NCBI GenBank assembly: GCA_021162685.1
Contig: JAGGYF010000031.1
Coordinates: 1-42,807 of the forward strand
Length of the DNA: 42,807 nt
Source: Candidatus Iainarchaeum sp.
GTDB taxonomy: Archaea; B1Sed10-29; WALL01
Direction of reading: 5' to 3'
Position numbers and translations under genes: made by a program
Shown: one piece after another, positions 10,967 through 20,633 of the stretch
Layout: each line of letters begins with the position of its first letter
How positions within the stretch are numbered: the stretch's first letter is position 1
Notes under the pieces: model-generated
Seen by the model: the letters and a program-made list of their open reading frames with translations, nothing else
The model's database searches: none
Told to the model about the DNA's origin: nothing

Positions 10967-12489
10967 TGTTGGCATTGATTAGTGTCTCTGACAAAACAGG
11001 TATTGTAGAGTTTGCCAAAGGTCTAAAAGAGTTAGGATATGACATCATATCAACGGGTGGAACAGCAAAGGTACTTAGGGAATCAGGAATAGACGTTATT
11101 GATGTATCTGAATATACTGGTTTCCCTGAGATGATGGATGGGAGGGTAAAAACCCTACATCCTAAAATACATGCTGGAATCCTCGGGCTGAGAAACAAAG
11201 AGGAACATATGAGACAGATGGAAGAACATGGCATAAAACCAATAGACCTAGTTGTTGTTAATCTATATCCTTTTGAGCAGACCGTATCTAAAGGTTGCTC
11301 ATTAGAGGAGGCAATAGAGAACATAGACATTGGTGGGCCAACATTGCTTCGTTCTGCTGCGAAAAACTTTGAGAGTGTGGTTGTAATTTGCAACCCAAAG
11401 AGGTATAATGAGATACTAGAAAAATTGAGGAAAGGTTCGGTTGATCTAGAAACAAGAAAAATGCTCGCTGCTGAGGTCTTTATGCATACAGCTCACTATG
11501 ATACTATAATAGGTAACTATCTAAAAGAGGAGAAGTTCCCAACTACATTAAACCTGACATACGAAAAGGTTCAGAATTTAAGATATGGAGAAAACCCTCA
11601 CCAAGAAGCTGCATTCTACAAAGAACCGTTTGTTACAGATTCCTGTTTAGCAACAGCAGAGCAGCTGCATGGAAAAGAATTAAGCTTCAATAATATCCTT
11701 GATATGGACTCTGCATTGAAACTTGTGAAGGAATTTGATGAAATCGCATGTGTAATAGTAAAACATAATAATCCATGTGGAGCAGCAATAGCAGATAAGC
11801 AGATTGATGCGTACAGAAAAGCATTAGAAACAGATCCCATCTCAGCATTTGGTGGCATTATAGCATTCAATACACCAGTAGAGGAAGAGACTGCACAAGA
11901 GATCATTAAAAGATTTTATGAGTGCGTAATTGCTCCTGGATACAGTGAAAAGGCACTTGAGGTACTAAAAACAAAGAAGAAATTGAGATTAATGAAAGTG
12001 CCACCATTTAGAGGGAAGAAGGATAACAAGTCCCTTGAAATAAAGAGGGTTGTTGGTGGCATATTAATACAGGATAGGGATCAAGAACTCTACAAGGAAC
12101 TAAAAGTTGTAACCAATAGAAAGCCAACTGATGAAGAGATGAAAGCTATGATCTTTGCATTGAAGGTATGTAAACACGTAAAAAGCAATTGCGTAGTATA
12201 CGCAAAGCAGGATAGAACCATAGGGATAGGTGCGGGTCAGATGTCAAGAGTAGATTCCTCAGTTATCGGAGCGATGAAAGCAAAAAACGCGGGTTTGGAC
12301 ACAAAAGGCACTGCATTAGCATCAGATGCATTCTTCCCGTTTAGGGATGCTGTTGATGCAGCTGCAGAAGCAGGAGTGACAGCCATTATCCAACCAGGCG
12401 GCTCTATAAGAGACCAAGAAGTAATAGACGCCTGCAACGAGCACAACATCGCGATGGTGTTTTCTGGGATGAGACATTTTAATCATTGA
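10966..12489 (+). CDS. purH: Bifunctional AICAR transformylase / IMP cyclohydrolase
   Basis: ALISVSDKTG, DGRVKTLHP, IDIGGP, LRYGENPHQ, KHNNPCG, GAGQMSRVDS, SDAFFPF and RHFNH motifs. Confidence 0.97.
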   Translation: MLALISVSDKTGIVEFAKGLKELGYDIISTGGTAKVLRESGIDVIDVSEYTGFPEMMDGRVKTLHPKIHAGILGLRNKEEHMRQMEEHGIKPIDLVVVNLYPFEQTVSKGCSLEEAIENIDIGGPTLLRSAAKNFESVVVICNPKRYNEILEKLRKGSVDLETRKMLAAEVFMHTAHYDTIIGNYLKEEKFPTTLNLTYEKVQNLRYGENPHQEAAFYKEPFVTDSCLATAEQLHGKELSFNNILDMDSALKLVKEFDEIACVIVKHNNPCGAAIADKQIDAYRKALETDPISAFGGIIAFNTPVEEETAQEIIKRFYECVIAPGYSEKALEVLKTKKKLRLMKVPPFRGKKDNKSLEIKRVVGGILIQDRDQELYKELKVVTNRKPTDEEMKAMIFALKVCKHVKSNCVVYAKQDRTIGIGAGQMSRVDSSVIGAMKAKNAGLDTKGTALASDAFFPFRDAVDAAAEAGVTAIIQPGGSIRDQEVIDACNEHNIAMVFSGMRHFNH

Positions 12490-12585
12490 TGTTTTAATAG
12501 TGGGGTCTTGTGCCCCACGGCTCCCAGGGTGCCAACGCTGATTGCGATGGTGTTTTCTGGGATGAGACATTTTAATCATTGATGT
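12451..12585 (+). repeat. Perfect 42-bp direct repeat of the purH 3' end (12451-12492 and 12544-12585) around a GC-rich insert
   Basis: GCGATGGTGTTTTCTGGGATGAGACATTTTAATCATTGATGT occurs twice (45 bp with 1 mismatch if extended left). The insert holds a GTGGGG..CCCCAC hairpin and GGCTCCCAGGGTGCC. Confidence 0.95.
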
Positions 12586-12598
12586 GTAGTGAAAACAC

Positions 12599-13288
12599 AT
12601 GAAAGTTGGTTGTTGCGGTTGGAGCTATCTTGATGCAAAAGCATATTTTGGTGATAGGTGGAAGGAAAGATTTGAATCTAAGCTTGCTGCATACGCCTCT
12701 TTATTTGAGTTGGTTGAAATTAACTCAACTTTTTACAGGATACCAAAAGAAAAAACTGCGGAGAGATGGAGAAATGAAGTTCCAAAAGAATTTGAATTCA
12801 CTGTTAAATGTTCTCAGATTGTCAGCCATAAAGATAGATTTAGAACAAATGTCTCTCTGGAAGCATTTAATCAAACAAAAAGAATAGCCGAGATACTTAA
12901 TGCCAGGATTATTCTAATACAATGCCCACCAAGCTGGCATATCAATGATGAGAATGAGAGATTATTTAGAAGGTTCATGGAATCAATAGATTGGAATGGA
13001 AAAATTGCTTGGGAGTATAGGGGGAAAGAAAACAAGGAACGAGTAAAAGAACTGTGCAAGGAGTTTTCGCTAATACATTGTGTTGATCCGTTAAGGGAGA
13101 GAAGCCTAAGTAAAGGCATTGGTTACTACAGACTCCATGGATTCGGAAAACCTAGCATGTATAATTATAGGTTCAGTGATGAGGAACTGGAAAGAGTTAG
13201 GAGAAACGTAAGGAAGAAAAGCTATGTCTTATTTAACAATATATATTGCTATGAAGATGCATTAAGATTTATGAGGATGATACAATGA
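12599..13288 (+). CDS. DUF72 domain protein
   Basis: VGCCGWSY, VEINSTFY, FTVK, QCPPSW, WEYR, YYRLHG and LFNN motifs. Confidence 0.92.
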   Translation: MKVGCCGWSYLDAKAYFGDRWKERFESKLAAYASLFELVEINSTFYRIPKEKTAERWRNEVPKEFEFTVKCSQIVSHKDRFRTNVSLEAFNQTKRIAEILNARIILIQCPPSWHINDENERLFRRFMESIDWNGKIAWEYRGKENKERVKELCKEFSLIHCVDPLRERSLSKGIGYYRLHGFGKPSMYNYRFSDEELERVRRNVRKKSYVLFNNIYCYEDALRFMRMIQ

Positions 13289-13686
13289 AACTAACATTGG
13301 GAGATTGGCTGGAATTTGTATTATCTGGACTGCCTCCTGTGGATTGGTACTATGCACTAAGCCACAAGCCCACAAGGGTTGAGAAGGCTTTATTCCCAAA
13401 ATTTGTCAAAAGACCACATAAAGAATGGATTATTGCGACTGCTGAACATATTATTTATTTAATCCTTGGTTTTTGTTTTACATATTTTATCAACTTGGAC
13501 TGGTCATTAAAAGTTGGTGTGTTTGCTATCTTTATAGTCATTCCATTAGAGTTTTTATACTTCAAATGGAGGGTTGCACTGTTCAAAGAAATGGATTGGT
13601 GGAGATTAGGAATAGCAGCACTCTGGAATATGTTCAATATTTTGATGTATTGGTTGATTGGGATTGCTATTGCCCTACGGTTTTAG
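13285..13686 (+). CDS. Hypothetical membrane protein
   Basis: ATGA overlap with the DUF72 gene; about 3 hydrophobic segments. Confidence 0.7.
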   Translation: MKLTLGDWLEFVLSGLPPVDWYYALSHKPTRVEKALFPKFVKRPHKEWIIATAEHIIYLILGFCFTYFINLDWSLKVGVFAIFIVIPLEFLYFKWRVALFKEMDWWRLGIAALWNMFNILMYWLIGIAIALRF

Positions 13687-13903
13687 GCCATACTTGGATG
13701 TTATTCTGTGTTATCCTAACTATTCTATGATACGGTATATTTGTGCCATTTGAAAGAACCATGGCAAATGGTCCAAGTTCAACAATATCCTCAAAACGTA
13801 TATGCTTTATGTTCCCTTTTGCACCCCTATGTATAATCTCAATTGTTATTCCCTTCTCATTGTTCCACTTGAATTTATTTAGGAGGTTTCTTAATCCTCT
13901 CAT
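13667..13903 (-). CDS. DUF504 / UPF0248 family small protein
   Basis: LNKFKW, IHRGA and IPYHRI motifs. Confidence 0.85.
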   Translation of the reverse strand: MRGLRNLLNKFKWNNEKGITIEIIHRGAKGNIKHIRFEDIVELGPFAMVLSNGTNIPYHRIVRITQNNIQVWPKTVGQ

Positions 13904-13912
13904 CTGCTCCCA

Positions 13913-14326
13913 TCACTCTCCTATTATTGTTAGTATAACTTCACGGTTTCTTGCCTTAAAAAATTCAATAAAGAATATCCTCTGCCATGTACCAAGTGCT
14001 AGGTTGCCATTTATTATAGGAATTGTTGTACTTGAGCCAAATAGCTGGTTTTTTATGTGTGCGGTTGCATTTATGTTCCCTTCGTAGTCATGCCTGTATT
14101 TCTTGTTTAGGGGCAGAATATCCTTGAGGAATTCCTTTGTATCAGAATGCATATCTTCATCTGCCTCTTGTATAGTTATGGCTGCTGTGGTATGCTCAGA
14201 GAATATATTTAGAATACCCTGGTTTATGCCTGTCTCTTTGACAAATGACTGTGCTTCATCTGTTATATCAATATATTCGTGATCGTGTCTTGTTTTTACT
14301 CGGATTCTTTTTGTTTTCACCTTCAT
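13913..14326 (-). CDS. YjbQ / UPF0047 family protein
   Basis: DITDE, HTTAAITIQE, NATAHIK and LGTWQRIFFIEF motifs. Confidence 0.92.
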   Translation of the reverse strand: MKVKTKRIRVKTRHDHEYIDITDEAQSFVKETGINQGILNIFSEHTTAAITIQEADEDMHSDTKEFLKDILPLNKKYRHDYEGNINATAHIKNQLFGSSTTIPIINGNLALGTWQRIFFIEFFKARNREVILTIIGE

Positions 14327-14368
14327 ATTTTAGATAGTGTGTATGGAGGTTTAAATTGCTTTTGGGCA

Positions 14369-15238
14369 TTAAGAGAGGAGTATCCAAAATAGTAAATCGC
14401 CAGTTAGTAATGTGAGGACAAGGGAGATGAATATAAATGGTCCAAATCTTGGGAGATATTCATTCACAGGTATTGTTTTTATTTTATGCTTCTTTGCATT
14501 TTTCTTTATCTGCGAAAGTTGTGGTTCCCAGAGTGTTCTCTGCTTACCAAGCCCTAGGGCTTTTTTCATTTTTTCGTCTATAAGCTCTAATGCAAGAACA
14601 TCATCATCATTTAGTTTTGAGATTGGTTTTGACTTTACAATATACATCTTTAGTATGTCCTCCTTAAAGGCTAAAACAAATGCTCCTAGTATCATAGGTA
14701 TTGCTATTATGAGCATTCTTGCGTTCAAGATGTACCAAACATAGAACATTGGTAGCATAATGGCACATATCCCAATGCCCTTAATTGTTTTTCTATTGAA
14801 TTGCTTTATCCTTTTTCTATCATTGTATATGCGAAAGATATAACCAAGAGAGACAAAGAACATTGCGATGATTACTGCTGTGAAGAATATAGATACTATT
14901 GGAGGATATGGTGGAACAACCCTTATGTGTGTAAAAGAGACTAATTGCTCTGGGTATTTTGGGATTAGGAGAGACAATGCAGTAAATAGTTTTACATCAC
15001 CTCCTCCTAACTGGCCAAAGAAATAGAAGACTAATCCAACCAAGAATACTATGCCTGCAATTCCGTAATATAGTATTGCAGTCTCTAATCCGTAAACAAA
15101 TGGTAAGATAATTGCTCCTATTGCTATCATAGCGTATGTTAGGGTGTCGGATATGTAACTGGTTTTCCAGTCCTGATATCCTGCTATAAGTGTCCCTACT
15201 ACAGCAACAAATATGCTAATCCATTGTAACGTGTTCAT
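14369..15238 (-). CDS. A24 family prepilin/prearchaellin peptidase
   Basis: Multi-pass membrane protein with the catalytic Asp motifs DWKTSYISD and GGGDVKL; C-terminal PRFGPFI. Confidence 0.88.
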   Translation of the reverse strand: MNTLQWISIFVAVVGTLIAGYQDWKTSYISDTLTYAMIAIGAIILPFVYGLETAILYYGIAGIVFLVGLVFYFFGQLGGGDVKLFTALSLLIPKYPEQLVSFTHIRVVPPYPPIVSIFFTAVIIAMFFVSLGYIFRIYNDRKRIKQFNRKTIKGIGICAIMLPMFYVWYILNARMLIIAIPMILGAFVLAFKEDILKMYIVKSKPISKLNDDDVLALELIDEKMKKALGLGKQRTLWEPQLSQIKKNAKKHKIKTIPVNEYLPRFGPFIFISLVLTLLTGDLLFWILLS

Positions 15239-16472
15239 GCACCCCTAATACATTCAATTCTTTACACACACAGCCGGGGAGAATATCCGAAAAACTTGGC
15301 TTTGTTCTCCCATCATCTCCAGATATAATCTCCTTTATGTATGTACCTGATTCTGCTGTTATTACTGCTCTAAACGTGTGGTTATCTATTTTCTCACATC
15401 TCACTTCCTTTATTCTTTTCCTTCTCGTTAGGTCTGCTCTTCTATGCAGGACTCTCTTTGGTGTTCTCTGTGATATTGTGGTTTCTGAAAATGTCTTCTC
15501 TATCTGCTTGAGTTTCTCTTCTGTTACTTCTACATCACAGGAGATTATTGCCTCGTAGGTCTTATCATATTTTATAGCCTTCAAAAACCTTACCTCTTCT
15601 TTTGAGGACTTCCTCATATCCTTTACTTCTACTTTTCCTTCTGCATAAATATTGATGGTATGCATGAGTGACTGAAAATCTATGTTTCTCTTTATTGGCT
15701 CTTTTATCTCAATAACAAATGGTCTCCATCCCAACATCTTCGCATCTATGTCTTCCCTACCCGAACCATGGAATTTGTGGGCCTTACCTGCTGTTACATC
15801 CATGATGGGTTTTGCTATTATCTCTTCCACACTCTCCTTGTACATCTTTCCAGTATAGTTGCATTTTTCGCATCCTCTCCCATGACAATATCTACAATAC
15901 CATTTTGTTTGTGGTATCCCAGAAACTAATTTCCTATATCTTCCAAAGATAAACAAGGGATGGGATAGTATAGTCACTCTTACATCTTCTCCCCTTAAAT
16001 CTACAAGAATAGTTATATCTGGGTTTCTAAACTCTGCCTTCTTTCCCGTTTTCTTCTCTATTGCTCTTCCTATCTCCCTAACAATGTCCTTTTTTATGGG
16101 TTCACAATAAGCTGCCCCTACTTCCTCCCATATCTTTTCCTCTGCAACCAATAGTGACTCATCAACAGTTGTGCCAACAACAAATGTATCAAAATCATAA
16201 TTTTGAATCATCTCTTCAGCATACTCTATTGCTTTTGGAATCTTGTAGAAAATCCCTCTACACAATGGGCATTGTTTGCTCATTTTTGGCTTCGCGCTCT
16301 TTGTTTCAAGTAATGTCCTTGCCTCATCTATGCTCTTTGCATTACGTATTGCCCAGCCTATCTCATCTGTGTTATGCCCTTTAAACAATAACGAGAACTG
16401 CCTTCCAATACATCTATCACAGAGCCCCTTATTGACAAGCTTTGCTTTCATCTCATTGAAGTCAATTTCCAT
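15216..16472 (-). CDS. pus10: tRNA pseudouridine 54/55 synthase Pus10
   Basis: CDRCIGRQF, GRYRK..IPQTKW, FHGSGREDIDA, QRTPKRVLHRRAD and GTYIKE motifs. Likely ATG at 16472. Confidence 0.95.
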   Translation of the reverse strand: MEIDFNEMKAKLVNKGLCDRCIGRQFSLLFKGHNTDEIGWAIRNAKSIDEARTLLETKSAKPKMSKQCPLCRGIFYKIPKAIEYAEEMIQNYDFDTFVVGTTVDESLLVAEEKIWEEVGAAYCEPIKKDIVREIGRAIEKKTGKKAEFRNPDITILVDLRGEDVRVTILSHPLFIFGRYRKLVSGIPQTKWYCRYCHGRGCEKCNYTGKMYKESVEEIIAKPIMDVTAGKAHKFHGSGREDIDAKMLGWRPFVIEIKEPIKRNIDFQSLMHTINIYAEGKVEVKDMRKSSKEEVRFLKAIKYDKTYEAIISCDVEVTEEKLKQIEKTFSETTISQRTPKRVLHRRADLTRRKRIKEVRCEKIDNHTFRAVITAESGTYIKEIISGDDGRTKPSFSDILPGCVCKELNVLGVHEHVTMD

Positions 16473-16986
16473 ACCTAAACCTCTTCTCTTCACCCTCAAC
16501 ATATAATCTAATAAGTACTTCATCACTGAAATCCATTATGCAAAAGGATTGCTTCATATCTGCATTTCCGCCCCCCCATACACCACAAGCACTGCCCGGG
16601 TTCACAAATAGAGTATCATTATATATGCTGATATCTGACACGTGTGTATGGCCATGTATTAGTATATTTGCGTTCATCTTCTTCGCATACATATAAAGTT
16701 GGGGGATATCTCCCCTTGGAACAATCTCTGTGCCATGCATCATCCCTATCTTCCATTTCCCTATCCTCTTCTCTATGTGATGGGGCAGATCCAAATAATC
16801 CATATTTCCCTCAACTGCAAAGACTGGTGCAAAAGAATTAAGATAGTCAAGTGTCTCCTGATTTGTTATATCCCCTGTACAAAAGATCATATCTGGCCCT
16901 GCCTCATTCATTATATCAATTATCCAACTCGGTATAACCTTTGCCCTGTTAGGTATGTGAAAATCCCCTATTGCTACTATCCTCAA
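16462..16986 (-). CDS. Calcineurin-like metallophosphoesterase (YfcE/MJ0936/Vps29-like)
   Basis: GDFHIP, GD, GNMD, HG, HGHTH and NPGS motifs. Confidence 0.92.
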   Translation of the reverse strand: MRIVAIGDFHIPNRAKVIPSWIIDIMNEAGPDMIFCTGDITNQETLDYLNSFAPVFAVEGNMDYLDLPHHIEKRIGKWKIGMMHGTEIVPRGDIPQLYMYAKKMNANILIHGHTHVSDISIYNDTLFVNPGSACGVWGGGNADMKQSFCIMDFSDEVLIRLYVEGEEKRFRYGN

Positions 16987-16990
16987 CTAA

Positions 16991-18307
16991 TCACCTAAAT
17001 CGCTTCATCAGTGAGGAGAGATTGGAAGGTGGTCTCTTCCCCTTCTTCATCTTTGAAAACATCTTCTTTGCTAGATTAAATTGTTTTAAAAGTTCTCTTA
17101 CTTCTTCTTCCTTTCTCCCTGATCCCTTTGCTATTCTTTCTATTCTGCTCTTCTTAATAATATCTGGATTCTTTCTCTCCTCCTCTGTCATACTATCTAT
17201 AATGACTTTGTATATCCTCAATTTCTCTTCGCTTTTTTCTATGTCCTCATCTGATATCTTCATAGATAATCCCAATTGCTCTAACACCTTAGATAATGGT
17301 CCCATTTTTCGTGTTGCTTCAAGTTGTTTATAAAATGTCTTTAATGTAAACTCCCCCTTCAGCATCTCCTCGGGTGATAATTCCTCCTCTTCTACTATCT
17401 CCCTTACCTTGCTCAAAAGGGAGGATAGGTCTCCATATCCTAATAAACGTGAGATGTATCGTTCTGCATTATATATCTCGAAATCATCTATCTTCTCTCC
17501 TGTTCCAATAAAGACTATTGGTACCTTTGCCTCAGCACATGCAGAAAGTGCTCCTCCTCCTTTTGCACTTGAATCCATCTTTGTTATAATAACTCCAGTA
17601 AGACCTACTGCATCATTAAACTGCTTTGCTTGCTTTGATGCAGTCTGTCCCATATCTGCTCCAATAACAAGATATGTTTCATCTGGTTTTAGAACCTGAG
17701 CTATCTTATTTATTTCATCTATCAATTCCTTATTTATTGAATCCCTTCCAGCAGAATCTACAATTATTACATCAAATCCCTTGAATGTGTCTAATCCCTT
17801 TTTTAGTATAGATATTGGGTCTCTCTCTTCTGGCATACCAAAGGAGGGAATATTGATTTTGTCACCAAGTTGTTTTAACTGCTCGTATGCTGCTGGCCTC
17901 CAGGTATCTGTAGTTATCATTGCAGTTTTTAGTCCTCTTTTTGAAAAGAATTTCGCAAGTTTTGCTGTTGTACTTGTCTTGCCGTGTCCATATGTCCCAA
18001 CAAGCAGGATCTTTTGAGGTTTTATGTCTGGTGTGTGTCCTTCTCCAACAAGACTGACAAGTTCGTCATATACAATCTTTATAAAGTGTTCCTTTTGGCT
18101 TAGTCCTTTTGGTGGCTTCTCTGATTTAACCCTCTCTCTTATCCTCTTGGTCATCTCCAAAACAAGCTTTACATTAACATCTGCTTGTATCAATGTTCTT
18201 TGCAGTTCTCTAATGCTCTGGTTTAGGAGTGTTTCATCAATGATTGGTGCTCCAGATATTTTGCTTATGACATTTCTCAACCCTGCTGCAAATTTTGAAA
18301 TGGGCAT
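16991..18307 (-). CDS. srp54: Signal recognition particle protein SRP54
   Basis: QADVNV, GHGKTS, DTWRPAA, DSAGR, TKMD and GTGE motifs; M-domain SMTEEER...RIAKGSG. Confidence 0.96.
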   Translation of the reverse strand: MPISKFAAGLRNVISKISGAPIIDETLLNQSIRELQRTLIQADVNVKLVLEMTKRIRERVKSEKPPKGLSQKEHFIKIVYDELVSLVGEGHTPDIKPQKILLVGTYGHGKTSTTAKLAKFFSKRGLKTAMITTDTWRPAAYEQLKQLGDKINIPSFGMPEERDPISILKKGLDTFKGFDVIIVDSAGRDSINKELIDEINKIAQVLKPDETYLVIGADMGQTASKQAKQFNDAVGLTGVIITKMDSSAKGGGALSACAEAKVPIVFIGTGEKIDDFEIYNAERYISRLLGYGDLSSLLSKVREIVEEEELSPEEMLKGEFTLKTFYKQLEATRKMGPLSKVLEQLGLSMKISDEDIEKSEEKLRIYKVIIDSMTEEERKNPDIIKKSRIERIAKGSGRKEEEVRELLKQFNLAKKMFSKMKKGKRPPSNLSSLMKRFR

Positions 18308-18337
18308 AATATCTTTATCTCCACAATACTATTAAAA

Positions 18338-19288
18338 CTAACCCAATATTCTTGATACAATTACTTCTGGCTCAAATGGCTCTATGTCATCATATTCCTG
18401 CCCAACCCCAATGTAGAGTATTGGTTTTCCTGTCTCTTTTGTTATAGATATTGCTCCTCCTCCCTTAACATCAACATCCATTTTTGTTAATATGATGCCA
18501 TCAATTCCAACTGCTTCATCAAACTGCTTCACACGCTCAACAAGAACATTTCCCGCAAGAGCTTCATCTACATAAATCTTAAGCGTTGGTTCTGCTACTC
18601 TGGCCACTTTCCTTAACTCTTCTATGAGGTTTTTGTTTGTCTCCTGTCTTCCTGCAGTATCAATAAGAACGCAGTCTATGCCTCTTGCTTTTGCGCTTTT
18701 TATGGCATCAAATGCAACTGCTGCAGGATCTGCCCCATAGCTATGCTTTACTAACTTAATACTCAATCTCTTGGCGTGCTCTTCCAGTTGCTCAATACTT
18801 GCTGCCCTAAATGTATCCGATGCTGCGAGTATGACAGAGAAGTTTTTATTCATTAAGAGGTGCGCAATCTTTGCTATTGTCGTTGTTTTGCCTGCTCCAT
18901 TTGGGCCAAGAAACATAATGACGCATGGTTTTGTTTTACTCACAACATCAACAATATCTATATGCTTTGGGGAGGAGAGGATATTTAGCAAAGTATCCTT
19001 AAATATGTTTTGTATTGTCTTCTCTATGTTCTCTCCCCTCTTGAATTTTGTCTTCATAAGTCTTGTTTTTATTTCCTCACATATTGCCTCTGCTGTATCC
19101 CTCGCAACATCTGATTCAAGAAGGGATATCTCTAAGTCCCACATGAATCTATCTATCTCTTCTTCAGATATAGTGAACTCCTTTGCTACCTTCTCTTTTA
19201 TTTTTGTTTTTACTGAAAGCTTTGCTGAGGTCTGCTTTGTTATCTTTTTTGTTATATCCTTTATCTTATCCTTGAGGAATTCAAACAT
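18338..19288 (-). CDS. ftsY: SRP receptor FtsY
   Basis: GPNGAGKTTTIAK, DTFRAAS, DTAGR, TKMD and GVGQEYDD motifs. Confidence 0.96.
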   Translation of the reverse strand: MFEFLKDKIKDITKKITKQTSAKLSVKTKIKEKVAKEFTISEEEIDRFMWDLEISLLESDVARDTAEAICEEIKTRLMKTKFKRGENIEKTIQNIFKDTLLNILSSPKHIDIVDVVSKTKPCVIMFLGPNGAGKTTTIAKIAHLLMNKNFSVILAASDTFRAASIEQLEEHAKRLSIKLVKHSYGADPAAVAFDAIKSAKARGIDCVLIDTAGRQETNKNLIEELRKVARVAEPTLKIYVDEALAGNVLVERVKQFDEAVGIDGIILTKMDVDVKGGGAISITKETGKPILYIGVGQEYDDIEPFEPEVIVSRILG

Positions 19289-19292
19289 GGAA

Positions 19293-19739
19293 TCAACCAA
19301 TCACAGGAACATTGCCTTCCTTCTCTCTGCTTCTTAGATATTCCTCAAGTTTCTGCCTTATCTTTGACGCCTCAGTACCTATTTTCTTTGCTGTCTGTTG
19401 GAGGTTTTCTATGGTTGCAACTAGTTGTTTTTCCCTTTCTTCAAGAAGAGATAGTACCTCAGATATATTTTTCTCAACAACAACATCAGAACCAACATTT
19501 ATAGGCACTTTGCTTTCTTTGCCTAATTTTGCTGGGAGGTATACCCCAACTCCAACTGGAATAAGACACTCTCTTTCCTCACTCGGAAGACTTGAAAGGG
19601 TATTCTTTGTCAAACGCAATTCGTTAAGTGTTGCTATGATTGTGTTTATCTGTCTTTCTATATCTGCTATCCTCGCTTCATCATACTGTAATCTTGCGGC
19701 TGCTTCTTCTGGACTTAGTTCTACCATTTCATTCACCAC
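19293..19739 (-). CDS. pfdA: Prefoldin subunit alpha
   Basis: Coiled coils flanking IPVGVGVY / NVGSDVVVEK beta-hairpins; conserved position before ftsY. Confidence 0.92.
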   Translation of the reverse strand: MVNEMVELSPEEAAARLQYDEARIADIERQINTIIATLNELRLTKNTLSSLPSEERECLIPVGVGVYLPAKLGKESKVPINVGSDVVVEKNISEVLSLLEEREKQLVATIENLQQTAKKIGTEASKIRQKLEEYLRSREKEGNVPVIG

Positions 19740-19959
19740 TCAATTGTTTCACTAGAAGGCTTTTACTTTCCTCTGGTGGTATCTCCTTTACTTCCTTTAT
19801 CTTTATACTCCTCTGTTTCAGTTTATGTCTTGAACCAAGATTGGAAAAAACCCTGTGCAATGCTGTTGCTGCGTTTAAAGCCCTTACATCAATTGTAAAA
19901 TTATGATCCTTTCTATTTTGTCTGAATGTTCCTTTAACCCTAAATATCTTTGTTGTCAT
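19729..19959 (-). CDS. rpl18a: 50S ribosomal protein L18Ae/LX
   Basis: KIFRVKG, GSRHKLK and IKIKEVKEI motifs; synteny. Confidence 0.92.
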   Translation of the reverse strand: MTTKIFRVKGTFRQNRKDHNFTIDVRALNAATALHRVFSNLGSRHKLKQRSIKIKEVKEIPPEESKSLLVKQLSGE

Positions 19960-19963
19960 CACA

Positions 19964-20629
19964 TCACCTTCCAAAGAATAATGCTTCATCTATTCTCCCT
20001 ATTTCAAATGGAGTGGCCAGTGAACCGATAATTGCTCCATTTACGTTGGCGAGTATTCCACTCTTAACAAAAGGATTCCCATAATTTACAGAACCAATGT
20101 CACCTGGAACGCCAAATATCTTCTCTAATGCTTTTATCTCTTCCTTTGTAGTGTTCGGGTTTGCAAGAAATCCCTTGTTTGTTGCAATAACGCATGAACC
20201 ACAGGTATCTATCCCTGCTACTTTCATTTTTGTTATATCCACGCCTAATGCCTTCTCCATTGTCTTTATTGTTTTATCCGAGAATAGGGGACTGGCGACT
20301 GCGCCTGCATCATTACATGTTATCAGGTTTCCTATTGCTGTATAATCCTTTATAACCGCCACATTATCAAAATGCTCTGAGAGTAGCTCCTGCTCCTCCT
20401 TGTATATGCATTCTGGAACTACTATCCCATTATTGTTCATGCAGCAGAAAACACCAATGAGAGATGAGTTGTATATTGTTGTTTTCACTGGCTTAGTCTT
20501 CAACACCTCTCTCACAAGGGACTCAAATTCGCCACTCGCCTGATGAGGGAGTAATGTTATATTATCATTTGTAGAGGAGAACACCCCAACAAACGGGTTG
20601 CCTATTATATTCGCTTGCTCAAGATACAT
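19964..20629 (-). CDS. eif6: Translation initiation factor 6 (aIF6)
   Basis: GNPFVGV, GNLITCND, ATNKG, GSVNYG and EIGRIDEAL motifs. Confidence 0.95.
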   Translation of the reverse strand: MYLEQANIIGNPFVGVFSSTNDNITLLPHQASGEFESLVREVLKTKPVKTTIYNSSLIGVFCCMNNNGIVVPECIYKEEQELLSEHFDNVAVIKDYTAIGNLITCNDAGAVASPLFSDKTIKTMEKALGVDITKMKVAGIDTCGSCVIATNKGFLANPNTTKEEIKALEKIFGVPGDIGSVNYGNPFVKSGILANVNGAIIGSLATPFEIGRIDEALFFGR

Positions 20630-20633
20630 AACA

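Noticed and set aside
12451-12585. Repeat-spacer-repeat resembling a minimal CRISPR array
   Set aside because: Only two copies, the repeat is purH coding sequence, and there is no leader or cas gene in the window.
12322-12600. 92-aa minus-strand ORF with an internal peptide repeat
   Set aside because: By-product of the 42-bp duplication, antisense to purH.
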